Notes under the pieces: model-generated
Seen by the model: the letters and a program-made list of their open reading frames with translations, nothing else
What the model was told of the DNA's origin: nothing
Database searches by the model: none
Shown here: piece after piece, positions 1 through 7,686 of the stretch
Layout: each line of letters begins with the position of its first letter
How positions within the stretch are numbered: position 1 is the stretch's first letter
Program-made: the position numbers and the translations under genes
Source of the DNA: a virus
DNA length: 64,000 nucleotides
Virus record (IMG/VR): IMGVR_UViG_3300033388_006651
Span: 64,001-128,000 of that record
Reading direction: 5' to 3' (one strand)

Positions 1-12
1 GCCCGTTGGAGA

Positions 13-330
13 ATGCGAAAAGCCGAACAGGCCGGTGAGGTAACCCAAAATTACAAGGATGCAATGCTGGAAGCTCTCGACCATTGTTGCCCGGTTTGCG
101 GAATCCGTTTTCACATGGGCCCCGAGCGCGTTCCAGAACAGTTGACCTGGGATCACGTTGTACCTCTCAGTGAGGATGGCTGCGATGATGACGCTAACCT
201 GCTTCCCCTCTGCCGACGATGCAATTGTACGAAAGGCGAACGTGGGTTTGAAATATGGCTCCAGCGTCCTATCCGCTGCATCGCAGATTTGCGGGAACCC
301 TGGCTAAGGGAAGAGATGTTTGGTGGATGA
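13..330 (+). CDS. HNH endonuclease
   Basis: CPVC...WDHVVPLSEDG.D...NLLPLCRRCN..K HNH/Zn motif. Confidence 0.85.
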   Translation: MRKAEQAGEVTQNYKDAMLEALDHCCPVCGIRFHMGPERVPEQLTWDHVVPLSEDGCDDDANLLPLCRRCNCTKGERGFEIWLQRPIRCIADLREPWLREEMFGG

Positions 331-348
331 CATGATGAAGTACTTTAG

Positions 349-422
349 TGAGCCCAGAAGGATTTGAACCTTCGACCGTCGGATTAAAAGTCCGTTGCTC
401 TACCAGACTGAGCTATGGGCCC
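349..422 (-). tRNA. tRNA-Lys(UUU)
   Basis: Reverse complement GGGCCCA-TAGCTCAG..ACGGA CTTTTAA TCCGA..GGTTCAAATCC..TGGGCTC-A. Confidence 0.95.
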
Positions 423-450
423 AAAGAAAAGGTGAAATGAAAAAATCGGC

Positions 451-840
451 TTGGGGTATGCTGAGAATATGAGGTCGTTCTTCCGAAAATTGCTGACGAG
501 GATTGGGTTTTTGTCCGAGCCTCTGCCCCGGCCCAAAATCTCCTTTAACCTCAGTAGACAAGAGCGGTTGGATTTCCTTTCAGAGCATGGAGGGCGAACC
601 GAGAAGAGTCTTACCGCGCTTATGAATACCCACGGCCCGCATGAAGCCTTAGCCTGCTTGACGGGATCGGAGTTGTTCGGGGTCCAGCAAAGTCGGGTGG
701 GGGTGCCGTCGAAACTCTTTACCCTCGTCTGCTTGGGAATCACAAACCAGAATGGGGAAATGACTAGCTTTGGGCTAACTTTCGCCTATGCCTTGCAGGA
801 GCACCCCATCCAAGCCGTGCTTGAAGGCTCTATCATCTGA
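451..840 (+). CDS. hypothetical protein
   Basis: 129-aa ORF between tRNA and HNH gene; start may be the ATG at 469. Confidence 0.55.
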   Translation: MGYAENMRSFFRKLLTRIGFLSEPLPRPKISFNLSRQERLDFLSEHGGRTEKSLTALMNTHGPHEALACLTGSELFGVQQSRVGVPSKLFTLVCLGITNQNGEMTSFGLTFAYALQEHPIQAVLEGSII

Positions 841-841
841 G

Positions 842-1279
842 CTATGAGCCGAATTCAAGTTTCTTGTACCAGCCAAGCGTTCTGGCCGTTTTTTTCCGGT
901 GACAGTTTGCGCACCGGATCTCACATTTGAGGATTTCTGCTGCTACGCGTTTCCAGGATGCGTCTCGGATCATTTTGGACACGTTGCCTTTTTTCTTGCC
1001 CCGGACATGATCAAAGTCCAAAACAATTGGATCATCTTCACCGCAGTCCACACAGGGATGTGCTTCCAGATACTCCAAAGAACGCCTGTAGTTTTCCCGT
1101 TTCAGATTCAGAGCGGATTGCCGTACCGCAGCGCGTGTTTTGGGGCTCTTTCGGTAATGCTTTTTAGATGCCTCACTTGCACAGGCTTTGCATAGAGACT
1201 GAAGGCCGTCTCGTTTTTGTGCGTTTTTGTAGAACTCTGCACGTTTCTTTTCACTTTTGCATTTAGGGCAGGTCTTCAT
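842..1279 (-). CDS. HNH endonuclease with N-terminal Zn ribbon, within the tRNA-Lys cluster
   Basis: CPKC...CKAC, then CVDCG....LDFDHVRG.K...C.IRCANCH phage HNH pattern. Confidence 0.85.
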   Translation of the reverse strand: MKTCPKCKSEKKRAEFYKNAQKRDGLQSLCKACASEASKKHYRKSPKTRAAVRQSALNLKRENYRRSLEYLEAHPCVDCGEDDPIVLDFDHVRGKKKGNVSKMIRDASWKRVAAEILKCEIRCANCHRKKTARTLGWYKKLEFGS

Positions 1280-1295
1280 TTCTCCATCTTAGCGG

Positions 1296-1368
1296 TGAGC
1301 CACCCGGGAGTCGAACCCGGCTTGACGGGGTAAAAACCCGTTGCAATAAACCGCTCTGCCAATGGCCC
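1296..1368 (-). tRNA. tRNA-Lys(UUU), variant
   Basis: GGGCCAT/GTGGCTC acceptor, ACGGG TTTTTAC CCCGT anticodon arm, GGTTCGACTCC T arm. Confidence 0.9.
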
Positions 1369-1371
1369 TTT

Positions 1372-1439
1372 GGGGGCCAGCAGATCACAGCCGTTGCGGG
1401 GTAAAAACCCGACGTAACAAACCACTGTACTACCGGCCC
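1372..1439 (-). tRNA. degenerate tRNA-Lys(UUU)-like RNA lacking a canonical T arm
   Basis: GGGCCGG/CTGGCCC acceptor and TTTTTAC loop as in the neighbour, but no GTTCRA. Confidence 0.55.
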
Positions 1440-1494
1440 AAGGTTGGAGCGGGAGTACGTTTGAGTGTGTCGTGATGGAGATACATGGTGTCCT

Positions 1495-1647
1495 TTAGCG
1501 GCGAACAGGCCGTGTGGAAAAGTGATGCCCGCAACTGGAGCAGAGGTAAGGTAACGGTGGCCTCCGACGCCTCCAACGTGGCTGGGTGCAGAGTGTCGTG
1601 TCAGTGCTTTCGCACTTCGGACATGGGGGTATGGGCTTGGAATCCAT
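1495..1647 (-). CDS. small Zn-ribbon protein
   Basis: MDSKPIPPCPKC...YLCSSCGH; ATG just after the tRNA 3' end. Confidence 0.55.
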   Translation of the reverse strand: MDSKPIPPCPKCESTDTTLCTQPRWRRRRPPLPYLCSSCGHHFSTRPVRR

Positions 1648-1657
1648 CGTTTTGTAG

Positions 1658-1730
1658 TGAGCCAGGGTGGAATTGAACCACCGCATCCGGGTTAAGAATC
1701 CGACGCTCTAACCAACTGAGCTACTGGCCC
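1658..1730 (-). tRNA. tRNA-Lys(CUU)
   Basis: GGGCCAG acceptor, TTCTTAA loop, GGTTCAATTCC T arm. Confidence 0.9.
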
Positions 1731-1819
1731 TAAATGGCAGCAGGTTCACGGCACGACGCAACGCCGACGTGTCTGCTACCCGTGATCGGCATCGGTCTTT
1801 CGTACCGTGCCGATCACGT

Positions 1820-1896
1820 TGGTGAGCGGGGAGGGATTTGAACCCTCGACCCAGTGATTAAGAGTCACTTGCACAACCAGACTGTGCTTCCCGCCC
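1820..1896 (-). tRNA. tRNA-Lys(CUU), CCA encoded
   Basis: GGGCGGG/CCCGCTC-ACCA, AGTGA CTCTTAA TCACT. Confidence 0.95.
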
Positions 1897-1949
1897 GGAG
1901 ATGATTCGCTACTACGCCCGTAAAGGACGGAGCGATCCATCCCCACGGG

Positions 1950-1982
1950 CTACAGCTTGGATTTCAGTTTCATGCAGAACAT
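1950..1982 (-). promoter_or_regulatory. Lys-rich leader ORF MFCMKLKSKL* followed by a long hairpin
   Basis: ATG TTC TGC ATG AAA CTG AAA TCC AAG CTG TAG between promoter and tRNA-Lys cluster. Confidence 0.65.
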
Positions 1983-1992
1983 GATGTGTTCC

Positions 1993-2021
1993 GTTCTAGG
2001 GGAGCAAGACGGCGAAGTCAA
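1993..2021 (-). promoter_or_regulatory. sigma70-like promoter of the tRNA-Lys cluster
   Basis: TTGACT-N17-TAGAAC. Confidence 0.65.
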
Positions 2022-2126
2022 GCACCTCATTCAATTTTTCCTGGGGATCACCGAACGCCTCCCCAGGTGCCCGAACATCATTGAGAAAAGCAACGGTTCC
2101 CAACACGGCTGCGTAAAAAGAAGGCC

Positions 2127-2927
2127 ATGGAAACTCTTGCAGCGATCCCCATCATCCCCGACAACGCAGCCGGGTACTCCACCATCGCCAACGCCAAGAA
2201 CGCTCTGGACAAGGCTCAGATGCCAGATGGCTCTGTCAGTCTGTTCCTCCTCGTGCACCATTTTCTGGAGGGGATGCCCGAGGCTATCGCAGGTACTCGC
2301 GCTCTTCCGGGCACGCGTGGCCCAAACTCCACAGAGTCACCCCTCTTCGACAAGATTTTCCATGTCCCTCTCCCCTGGAAAGGTGGGGATGTAGACCTCC
2401 CCGAAGAAAGAAACCCCGTTGCTTTACTCAAGGCGCTGGATCGGTCCGGCAACCTGACGGCCCCGTACAAGACGGACATCGTGGTCTACGATCATGCGGA
2501 TCGCGGCACCCTCAAGATCACCCAGTGGCACGCTGATGACCCTCGTGGTGAACACCCCCACAATCATCCTTGGGCGGACGAGGAGCACACGAGTTTCGTC
2601 AGCTACATTGTTCGTGGCGGCTACACCGAGACGATCACCGACAACAACGGGGAGACCACGAGTCGTGATTACCGAGCTGGGGACCTCAACATCGCCAAGT
2701 ACACGGACTTTCACGCGGTCAACAACATTCTGCCCGGCACCTTGACCATCCTCATGTGTGCCCCCCGAGCAGTGGTCAAAGAAAAGGGAACGGAGTGGGG
2801 CTACCTGCTGTTTGAGGAGGGTCGTTCCGAACGGGTGGGCATGAACGATCCCCGGGTGAAAGATGAGACGTTCTTGCAGCGCGCGGCCGTGCAAAACGCG
2901 TCGCTGCGTTTCATCTACAAGAAGTAG
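2127..2927 (+). CDS. cupin-fold protein
   Basis: HPHNHPW...GGYTE...FHAV metal-binding cupin pattern. Confidence 0.65.
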   Translation: METLAAIPIIPDNAAGYSTIANAKNALDKAQMPDGSVSLFLLVHHFLEGMPEAIAGTRALPGTRGPNSTESPLFDKIFHVPLPWKGGDVDLPEERNPVALLKALDRSGNLTAPYKTDIVVYDHADRGTLKITQWHADDPRGEHPHNHPWADEEHTSFVSYIVRGGYTETITDNNGETTSRDYRAGDLNIAKYTDFHAVNNILPGTLTILMCAPRAVVKEKGTEWGYLLFEEGRSERVGMNDPRVKDETFLQRAAVQNASLRFIYKK

Positions 2928-2936
2928 CGCAACCGG

Positions 2937-3308
2937 TCACGCGTACTCAAGACCCCGAGCGTAAAGCCGCGCTCGACCGCCGACGATCTTGCCGACAAGT
3001 TCGTCGGCCCCGACCACGGGACGTTCTCCGCTGACCGTGACGAAGTGATCGAAACGGTATGGGTCATAGGTGATACGACGCCAGCCCCGAGTGGAGGGGG
3101 CCGTCTTCGGAGCCCGGTCTTCACCCCGAACCCCGGCGTGGACATTTTTGCGTTTCTCTCGGATGACACGCTGACGCCCCGACTCGCTCACGGAGAACTT
3201 CACGTTCTCCAGGTGAACGAAGTCGGCATGGCGTTGGACACGGGTGCCTCGACGCACCGAGTAGCGGTCCTTGTGGAGGTTCCAGTAGACGTAAACGCGT
3301 CCAGGCAC
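2937..3308 (-). CDS. phage hypothetical protein (YWNLH...RKNVHAG family)
   Basis: Clear paralogue at 18200-18574. Confidence 0.7.
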   Translation of the reverse strand: MPGRVYVYWNLHKDRYSVRRGTRVQRHADFVHLENVKFSVSESGRQRVIREKRKNVHAGVRGEDRAPKTAPSTRGWRRITYDPYRFDHFVTVSGERPVVGADELVGKIVGGRARLYARGLEYA

Positions 3309-3311
3309 CTC

Positions 3312-3665
3312 CTACTCTACCGGCTGAATCAGGGACGCGTAGGAGAGCAGTTCGCAGTAGATCTGTTCGCAGAACAGGAACAGCTCCAGGTGGTCTTCAC
3401 CCCTCTCCGGGCGCCAGTCTCGGGCGAACGTGAGGTAGTACGCTTGGCGAGCGCGCTCGAACACTTGTAGGTAGTCGAGGAAGGTTCTGTAGGAGGTGAC
3501 TTGCCCCTGGCGCTCCAAGGTCGCCTCCCGCAGCTCCTTGGCGGCTCTGTATTTGCGATTCGCCCGAGCGGGGTCCCCTCTGAACTCGGTGGCTACGTGC
3601 ACGGGGGTGAACTCACCCACCGTGATCACGCTGTCCCAGTCGCTGTCTTCGTTTTCGTCGCTCAT
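3312..3665 (-). CDS. hypothetical protein
   Basis: ATG ORF in a minus-strand run. Confidence 0.6.
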   Translation of the reverse strand: MSDENEDSDWDSVITVGEFTPVHVATEFRGDPARANRKYRAAKELREATLERQGQVTSYRTFLDYLQVFERARQAYYLTFARDWRPERGEDHLELFLFCEQIYCELLSYASLIQPVE

Positions 3666-3715
3666 ACCCCCTAGACGGATGGGCCTCAGAAAACTCCCCT
3701 CTTTCCTCAGATTTT

Positions 3716-3991
3716 TTAGAGGAGCCCCAGTTCCCGAAGCTGCTCACGAAAAGACCACTCGGAAAGTACCTCCTGACGTGACCGCGGCTCTGACCATTTC
3801 CAGGATTTGACCGCACGCCCGTTAAAACGACGAGGGTTCCCACAACCTGAACAGCTACACCACGCCAAGTTGTCGGCGTACTGAGCAGCGACCCGAGTCA
3901 ACTCAGGCTCCTCCACTCCCCAGCGTTCATTCATCCGGTACGCACGGGCCACCATGCGTTGACGGTGATGACGACGAAGCGCCCTAGACAT
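3716..3991 (-). CDS. small basic CGNPRR-motif protein, paralogue 1
   Basis: MSRALRRHH...CSCSGCGNPRR; start reassigned to ATG 3991. Confidence 0.7.
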   Translation of the reverse strand: MSRALRRHHRQRMVARAYRMNERWGVEEPELTRVAAQYADNLAWCSCSGCGNPRRFNGRAVKSWKWSEPRSRQEVLSEWSFREQLRELGLL

Positions 3992-4292
3992 CGACCCATC
4001 CCCGAAGCTCATCAAGCTCCTCTTGAAGCTCAGCTTCCGCCTGTTGCTCAGGAATGGTGAGCGGTGAGTACCAACCCCCACGACGGGGGTTCCCGCAACC
4101 GTGGTAGAGTTTTGAGCAGACCTTGAGGTGGTCGTGGTACTTGACGGCCCGAGAGTCGGCCAGGGTGTGATCCGGGCAGGTGAGAGGGTCGTTCCAGTCT
4201 TGGTCGTAGGAGCTATGCCAACGACGGGTGACGGTACGGGCTTTTGCGATCATGCGATCGCGATGATGACGGCGGAGTGCTCGTTGGGACAT
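3984..4292 (-). CDS. small basic CGNPRR-motif protein, paralogue 2
   Basis: MSQRALRRHH...CSKLYHGCGNPRR. Confidence 0.7.
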   Translation of the reverse strand: MSQRALRRHHRDRMIAKARTVTRRWHSSYDQDWNDPLTCPDHTLADSRAVKYHDHLKVCSKLYHGCGNPRRGGWYSPLTIPEQQAEAELQEELDELRGWVDV

Positions 4293-4347
4293 GCAGGGCT
4301 TTCGGCCCCAGCCCGGTCCTGAGAAGCACTATGCAGCTCAAGCCGGG

Positions 4348-4563
4348 CTAAGGCGTGATCTGCTTGTCCGGCGGATCGTCCATCTCCAACGCGAGACCCA
4401 CGAGCGTCTTTTTTCCATCGCGCTCAGCCATGCTGTTCATAAACTGGTCCCAAGGGACCGCACGCTTCGGAGGCGCTCCGACGAAGATGTACATCTCATG
4501 GCGTTCGGTGCCCGAGAGCATTTCGTCGAGCTCGGCGATGCCGGTTTTGAGTTCCTCAGCCAT
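4348..4563 (-). CDS. hypothetical protein resembling a RecA/DnaB N-terminal fragment
   Basis: LKTGIAELDEMLSG..YIFVG, but no intact P-loop. Confidence 0.45.
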   Translation of the reverse strand: MAEELKTGIAELDEMLSGTERHEMYIFVGAPPKRAVPWDQFMNSMAERDGKKTLVGLALEMDDPPDKQITP

Positions 4564-4596
4564 TCGTGAAAAGACTGCCCGACTATTACACTCGTG

Positions 4597-5604
4597 TCAA
4601 GAAGGGCAGAACGTGACGGTGTAGTTCACCAGGCCATTGGTTTTGCGGCAGTTGAAGGTCGCGGCTTTGTCATCGAACATCCAGGCGTACACCTGGGGAC
4701 AGCTCGCTTTGACGTTGGCGATGTAGCTCTGGCTCGTCGCATCCCAGGCCCGAGCTTTGTTGCTGTCCCAGGGGTTGCAGGTCTGGCCCTCCGGGTTGGG
4801 AGGGGTGCTGTAGGGAGAGCACCCGTAGGCGCACTTGGCGTCCCCACAAACGATCGGTTTCGACATCGAGCACGAGCAGCACAGCTTCGTCTGAGTGCTC
4901 GCAGGGTCCCCGCTGTTGACCGCGTTCTGGCACGGGCTCCAGCAGCTATCCCCTCCGGCGCTCAGACCACTGGGGCACGTCGGGGTCGAGGTGCAGCCCG
5001 ACACCGTGCACCACGGAGCCTGGAGACCAGGATCGGGTACGGGGTTGAAGGTCCCAGCAACGGCCACGATGGCGACAGGCTCGCTCCACCCGTCCACGAA
5101 GCTCACGTCGTAGGTGTCGTACGGACCCAGTCCTCCCATGGCATCGAAGGTGAACTCGGCGATCCCCACGGGAGCTTTCCCCGAGTAGGCGCACTCGAGC
5201 CCGAAGGTCTTGTTGTCCGAGGTGAGGCACGATCCGCTGGTGCAGCACGGCGTGAAGCCGTCGCACAGGTTCTGGTTGTTGAAGGTGCAACCGGTACGGG
5301 GCCAGATGCGACCGCTCCATCCCACGTCCACTTGGAGGGTCGTGGTGTCGGTGCCAGATCCGGCCGCTCCCATCTCCCAGCCACCGTTGTTGAGCCCGCT
5401 GAACCCGCTGTTGCCGACCGAGCCGACCCACACAGAGCTGGTGCACTTGTTGACGAAGTTCACCGTGTGCGTGGTCGGCGGGGTCCCCATGTCCAGTTTG
5501 GCCACTTCCGTGGGGGGATCAACGGCTGCTTCGCCGTCGGATCCTTTACAGGCAACCAGGGCCAGAGAGAACGCACCGAGGGACCAGAGTTTGCGAGCCA
5601 TCAC
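4597..5604 (-). CDS. thaumatin-like (PR-5 family) lipoprotein
   Basis: FVNKC..VWVG, GRIWPRTGC, EFTF, YDVSFVDG, CWSPC, CPQVYAWMFDD; LVAC lipobox. Confidence 0.9.
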   Translation of the reverse strand: MMARKLWSLGAFSLALVACKGSDGEAAVDPPTEVAKLDMGTPPTTHTVNFVNKCTSSVWVGSVGNSGFSGLNNGGWEMGAAGSGTDTTTLQVDVGWSGRIWPRTGCTFNNQNLCDGFTPCCTSGSCLTSDNKTFGLECAYSGKAPVGIAEFTFDAMGGLGPYDTYDVSFVDGWSEPVAIVAVAGTFNPVPDPGLQAPWCTVSGCTSTPTCPSGLSAGGDSCWSPCQNAVNSGDPASTQTKLCCSCSMSKPIVCGDAKCAYGCSPYSTPPNPEGQTCNPWDSNKARAWDATSQSYIANVKASCPQVYAWMFDDKAATFNCRKTNGLVNYTVTFCPS

Positions 5605-5638
5605 TCAAGGAGGTCCTCATAGGGGTAAAAATGATGAC

Positions 5639-6844
5639 ATGCTCGTCCTGTTCCCGTCTGACCCTTTTGAGACCTACAAGCCCGAGCCGGACTACGTCCA
5701 GGAGATCGAGATCGCAAAAGAGTGCGGCCACGAGGTTGCCTTCATCCATTGGGAAGCCCTGGTGAACGATGACGACGCTGCCGCGGCCATCAGGAAGGTT
5801 CCTGTTTTCGAGGATTCCACCCCTGCCATCTACCGGGGTTGGATGCTGACCTCCGAGCAGTACGAGAAGCTCTACGCAGAGCTCCAGATCCATGACGTTG
5901 ATCTGTTGACCACTCCCGACGCCTACCGTAAGGCCCATGAGTTCCCTGGGTGGTACTTGGAGATCCCGAAAGCGACTCCGGCGTCGGCGATCATCCAGAA
6001 GCATGAGATCAGCATGGAGAGGCTGCTCAGCAGGGCCAAGGAGATGCTCGAACAGTACGAGCACGGCATCATCATCAAGGACTACGTGAAAAGTCGGAAG
6101 CACGAGTGGGAGGAGGCGTGCTTCATCCCCGATATGTCCAAAGCTGAGGTGGTGATCGCCAACTTCCTCGAGCGCCAGGGTGACGCTCTCCAAGGCGGCG
6201 TTGTGCTCCGGGAGTTCGTGCCGCTCAAGTCGATCGGTAAGCACCCTGACTCGGGGATGCCAATGGGCGAGGAGTTCCGCATCTTCTGGATGAACGGTCG
6301 AGTGGCCGCCGCTGCGGAGTACTGGCCTTCCGAGTTCTACATCGGTGAGGAGCGTGAAGATGAGAACGCAGGTGACGGGAGCACGTACCGTGTGCCTCAT
6401 GCCCTGAGCACTCTCCCCGATCCACAGTCGCTTCTCGAACTCCTCGAAAACATCGACAACCCGTTCGTCTCGATGGACCTTGCGCGTGCCGAGGATGGTG
6501 AGTGGTTCGTCATGGAGATCGGCGACGGTCAGGTCTCTGGGCTCCCGCGCCCCAAGCTCGATGCCCGGCTCATTTACAGCCGGCTCGATCGGTTGCTCGG
6601 GCCTCCTGGGCTTGCCTCGGACGCGACACCGATGACCCAGGCACAGTTCGCCGGTATGACGTGCCACGCCGAAGGCTGCGACCACACCGGCCACGACACC
6701 GAGATGTACCTGCACCCCAAGTGCCACGTCGGTTCTCCGACCTGGGCGATTTACGAGGACGGCGTCATCAACGTGAAGTGTGCCGAGTGCAAGACGCTCG
6801 TGGTCAGAATCGCGGTTGACCCCGGTACGGTCGTCGAAGATTAG
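5639..6844 (+). CDS. ATP-grasp protein (R2K-like) with C-terminal Cys/His domain
   Basis: IYRGWML, IIKDYVKSRKHEW.EACFI, EFRIF, MDLA..EIGDGQVSG; start reassigned to ATG 5639. Confidence 0.75.
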   Translation: MLVLFPSDPFETYKPEPDYVQEIEIAKECGHEVAFIHWEALVNDDDAAAAIRKVPVFEDSTPAIYRGWMLTSEQYEKLYAELQIHDVDLLTTPDAYRKAHEFPGWYLEIPKATPASAIIQKHEISMERLLSRAKEMLEQYEHGIIIKDYVKSRKHEWEEACFIPDMSKAEVVIANFLERQGDALQGGVVLREFVPLKSIGKHPDSGMPMGEEFRIFWMNGRVAAAAEYWPSEFYIGEEREDENAGDGSTYRVPHALSTLPDPQSLLELLENIDNPFVSMDLARAEDGEWFVMEIGDGQVSGLPRPKLDARLIYSRLDRLLGPPGLASDATPMTQAQFAGMTCHAEGCDHTGHDTEMYLHPKCHVGSPTWAIYEDGVINVKCAECKTLVVRIAVDPGTVVED

Positions 6845-7050
6845 AGGGCGTGGTCTCGAATGGCCTTGGTCAGCCGGCGCACTTTATTGGTGAAAATAGA
6901 GTAGAACCGGGGGTCCACTTCGTGCAGGAGATGGAGGAGAGATTCGATCTCGGCCTCGGCATCTTCCTGGTCCACGATGTTCTTGGCGACGGCACGGGTG
7001 CAGTCGGGCTGAGAGGTGAGCCAGTGGTTGATGCGTTCTTCGTAAGTCAC
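6841..7050 (-). CDS. hypothetical protein
   Basis: 69-aa helical ORF. Confidence 0.5.
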   Translation of the reverse strand: MTYEERINHWLTSQPDCTRAVAKNIVDQEDAEAEIESLLHLLHEVDPRFYSIFTNKVRRLTKAIRDHAL

Positions 7051-7119
7051 GATCTAGGTGTATCGCAGGGTCTTGATCCGCCTCGGATCAAGCGCCGTCG
7101 AGAAAGTTGAAGAATTCGT

Positions 7120-7148
7120 TTGACTCGGCGTCTTAGTCCGCGTACACA
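7120..7148 (+). promoter_or_regulatory. sigma70-like promoter of the main tRNA operon
   Basis: TTGACT-N17-TACACA. Confidence 0.65.
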
Positions 7149-7195
7149 GAAATGGTCGCCGTCCCTTGGCAGGAACGCGACTCAAAGTCCCCGCC

Positions 7196-7288
7196 ATGAA
7201 ACACTCCACGACATACACAGCTACGACAACGACTACGGTCGTCGTGGCCGTCGTATTGCCCATTATGGGCGATATGACCTCGTGTTGA
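7196..7288 (+). promoter_or_regulatory. Thr/Val-rich leader peptide MKHSTTYTATTTTTVVVAVVLPIMGDMTSC*
   Basis: 9 Thr and 5 Val in 30 codons; followed by hairpin TTCCCGGCG/CGCCGGGAA. Confidence 0.75.
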
Positions 7289-7380
7289 GCATTTCCCGGC
7301 GTTGACCAAAACATCAAACGGCGCCGGGAACCCCCAAAGGGTTTGCTTCGCACGTTCAAAGGCCACGCTGGCTCCCATTC

Positions 7381-7456
7381 GCCGGTGTAGCTCAATTGGT
7401 AGAGCACTGGTTTTGTAAACCAGGGGTTGCGGGTTCGAGTCCCATTACCGGCTCCA
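7381..7456 (+). tRNA. tRNA-Thr(UGU)
   Basis: CTGGT TTTGTAA ACCAG; CCA end. Confidence 0.95.
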
Positions 7457-7487
7457 AGTATTTCTCTTCACCCAAGGAACAGACAAC

Positions 7488-7562
7488 GCCTTTGTAGCTC
7501 AGTGGTAGAGCAGCTCATTCGTAACGAGCAGGTCGTGGGTTCGATTCCCACCTTGGGCTCCA
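7488..7562 (+). tRNA. tRNA-Thr(CGU)
   Basis: TTCGTAA loop; CCA end. Confidence 0.92.
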
Positions 7563-7564
7563 AG

Positions 7565-7603
7565 CACCAACACCAACACCAACACCAACACCAACACCAT
7601 CAC
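7565..7603 (+). repeat. (CACCAA)n hexamer tandem repeat between tRNA-Thr genes
   Basis: caccaa x5 followed by caccatcac. Confidence 0.9.
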
Positions 7604-7611
7604 CGACATAA

Positions 7612-7686
7612 GCCCTTGTAGCTCAGTGGAAGAGCGCTTCCTTGGTAAGGAAGAAGTCACGAGTTCGATTCTCGTCTTGGGCTCCA
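7612..7686 (+). tRNA. tRNA-Thr(GGU)
   Basis: CTTCC TTGGTAA GGAAG; CCA end. Confidence 0.93.

Noticed and set aside
1296-1368. Possible ochre-suppressor (UUA) anticodon
   Set aside because: The 5-bp stem ACGGG/CCCGT fixes the loop as UUUUUAC, so the anticodon is UUU (Lys).
1735-1818. Two long hairpins between tRNA-Lys genes
   Set aside because: No tRNA or module motifs and no second copy; cannot be distinguished from processing or stabilising stems.
5210-5638. N-terminal extension of the 544-aa ORF
   Set aside because: It is the antisense of the thaumatin gene; the ATP-grasp protein starts at 5639.
7427-7621. HQHQHQ poly-His ORF
   Set aside because: It starts inside tRNA-Thr and overlaps three tRNAs; a by-product of the hexamer repeat.
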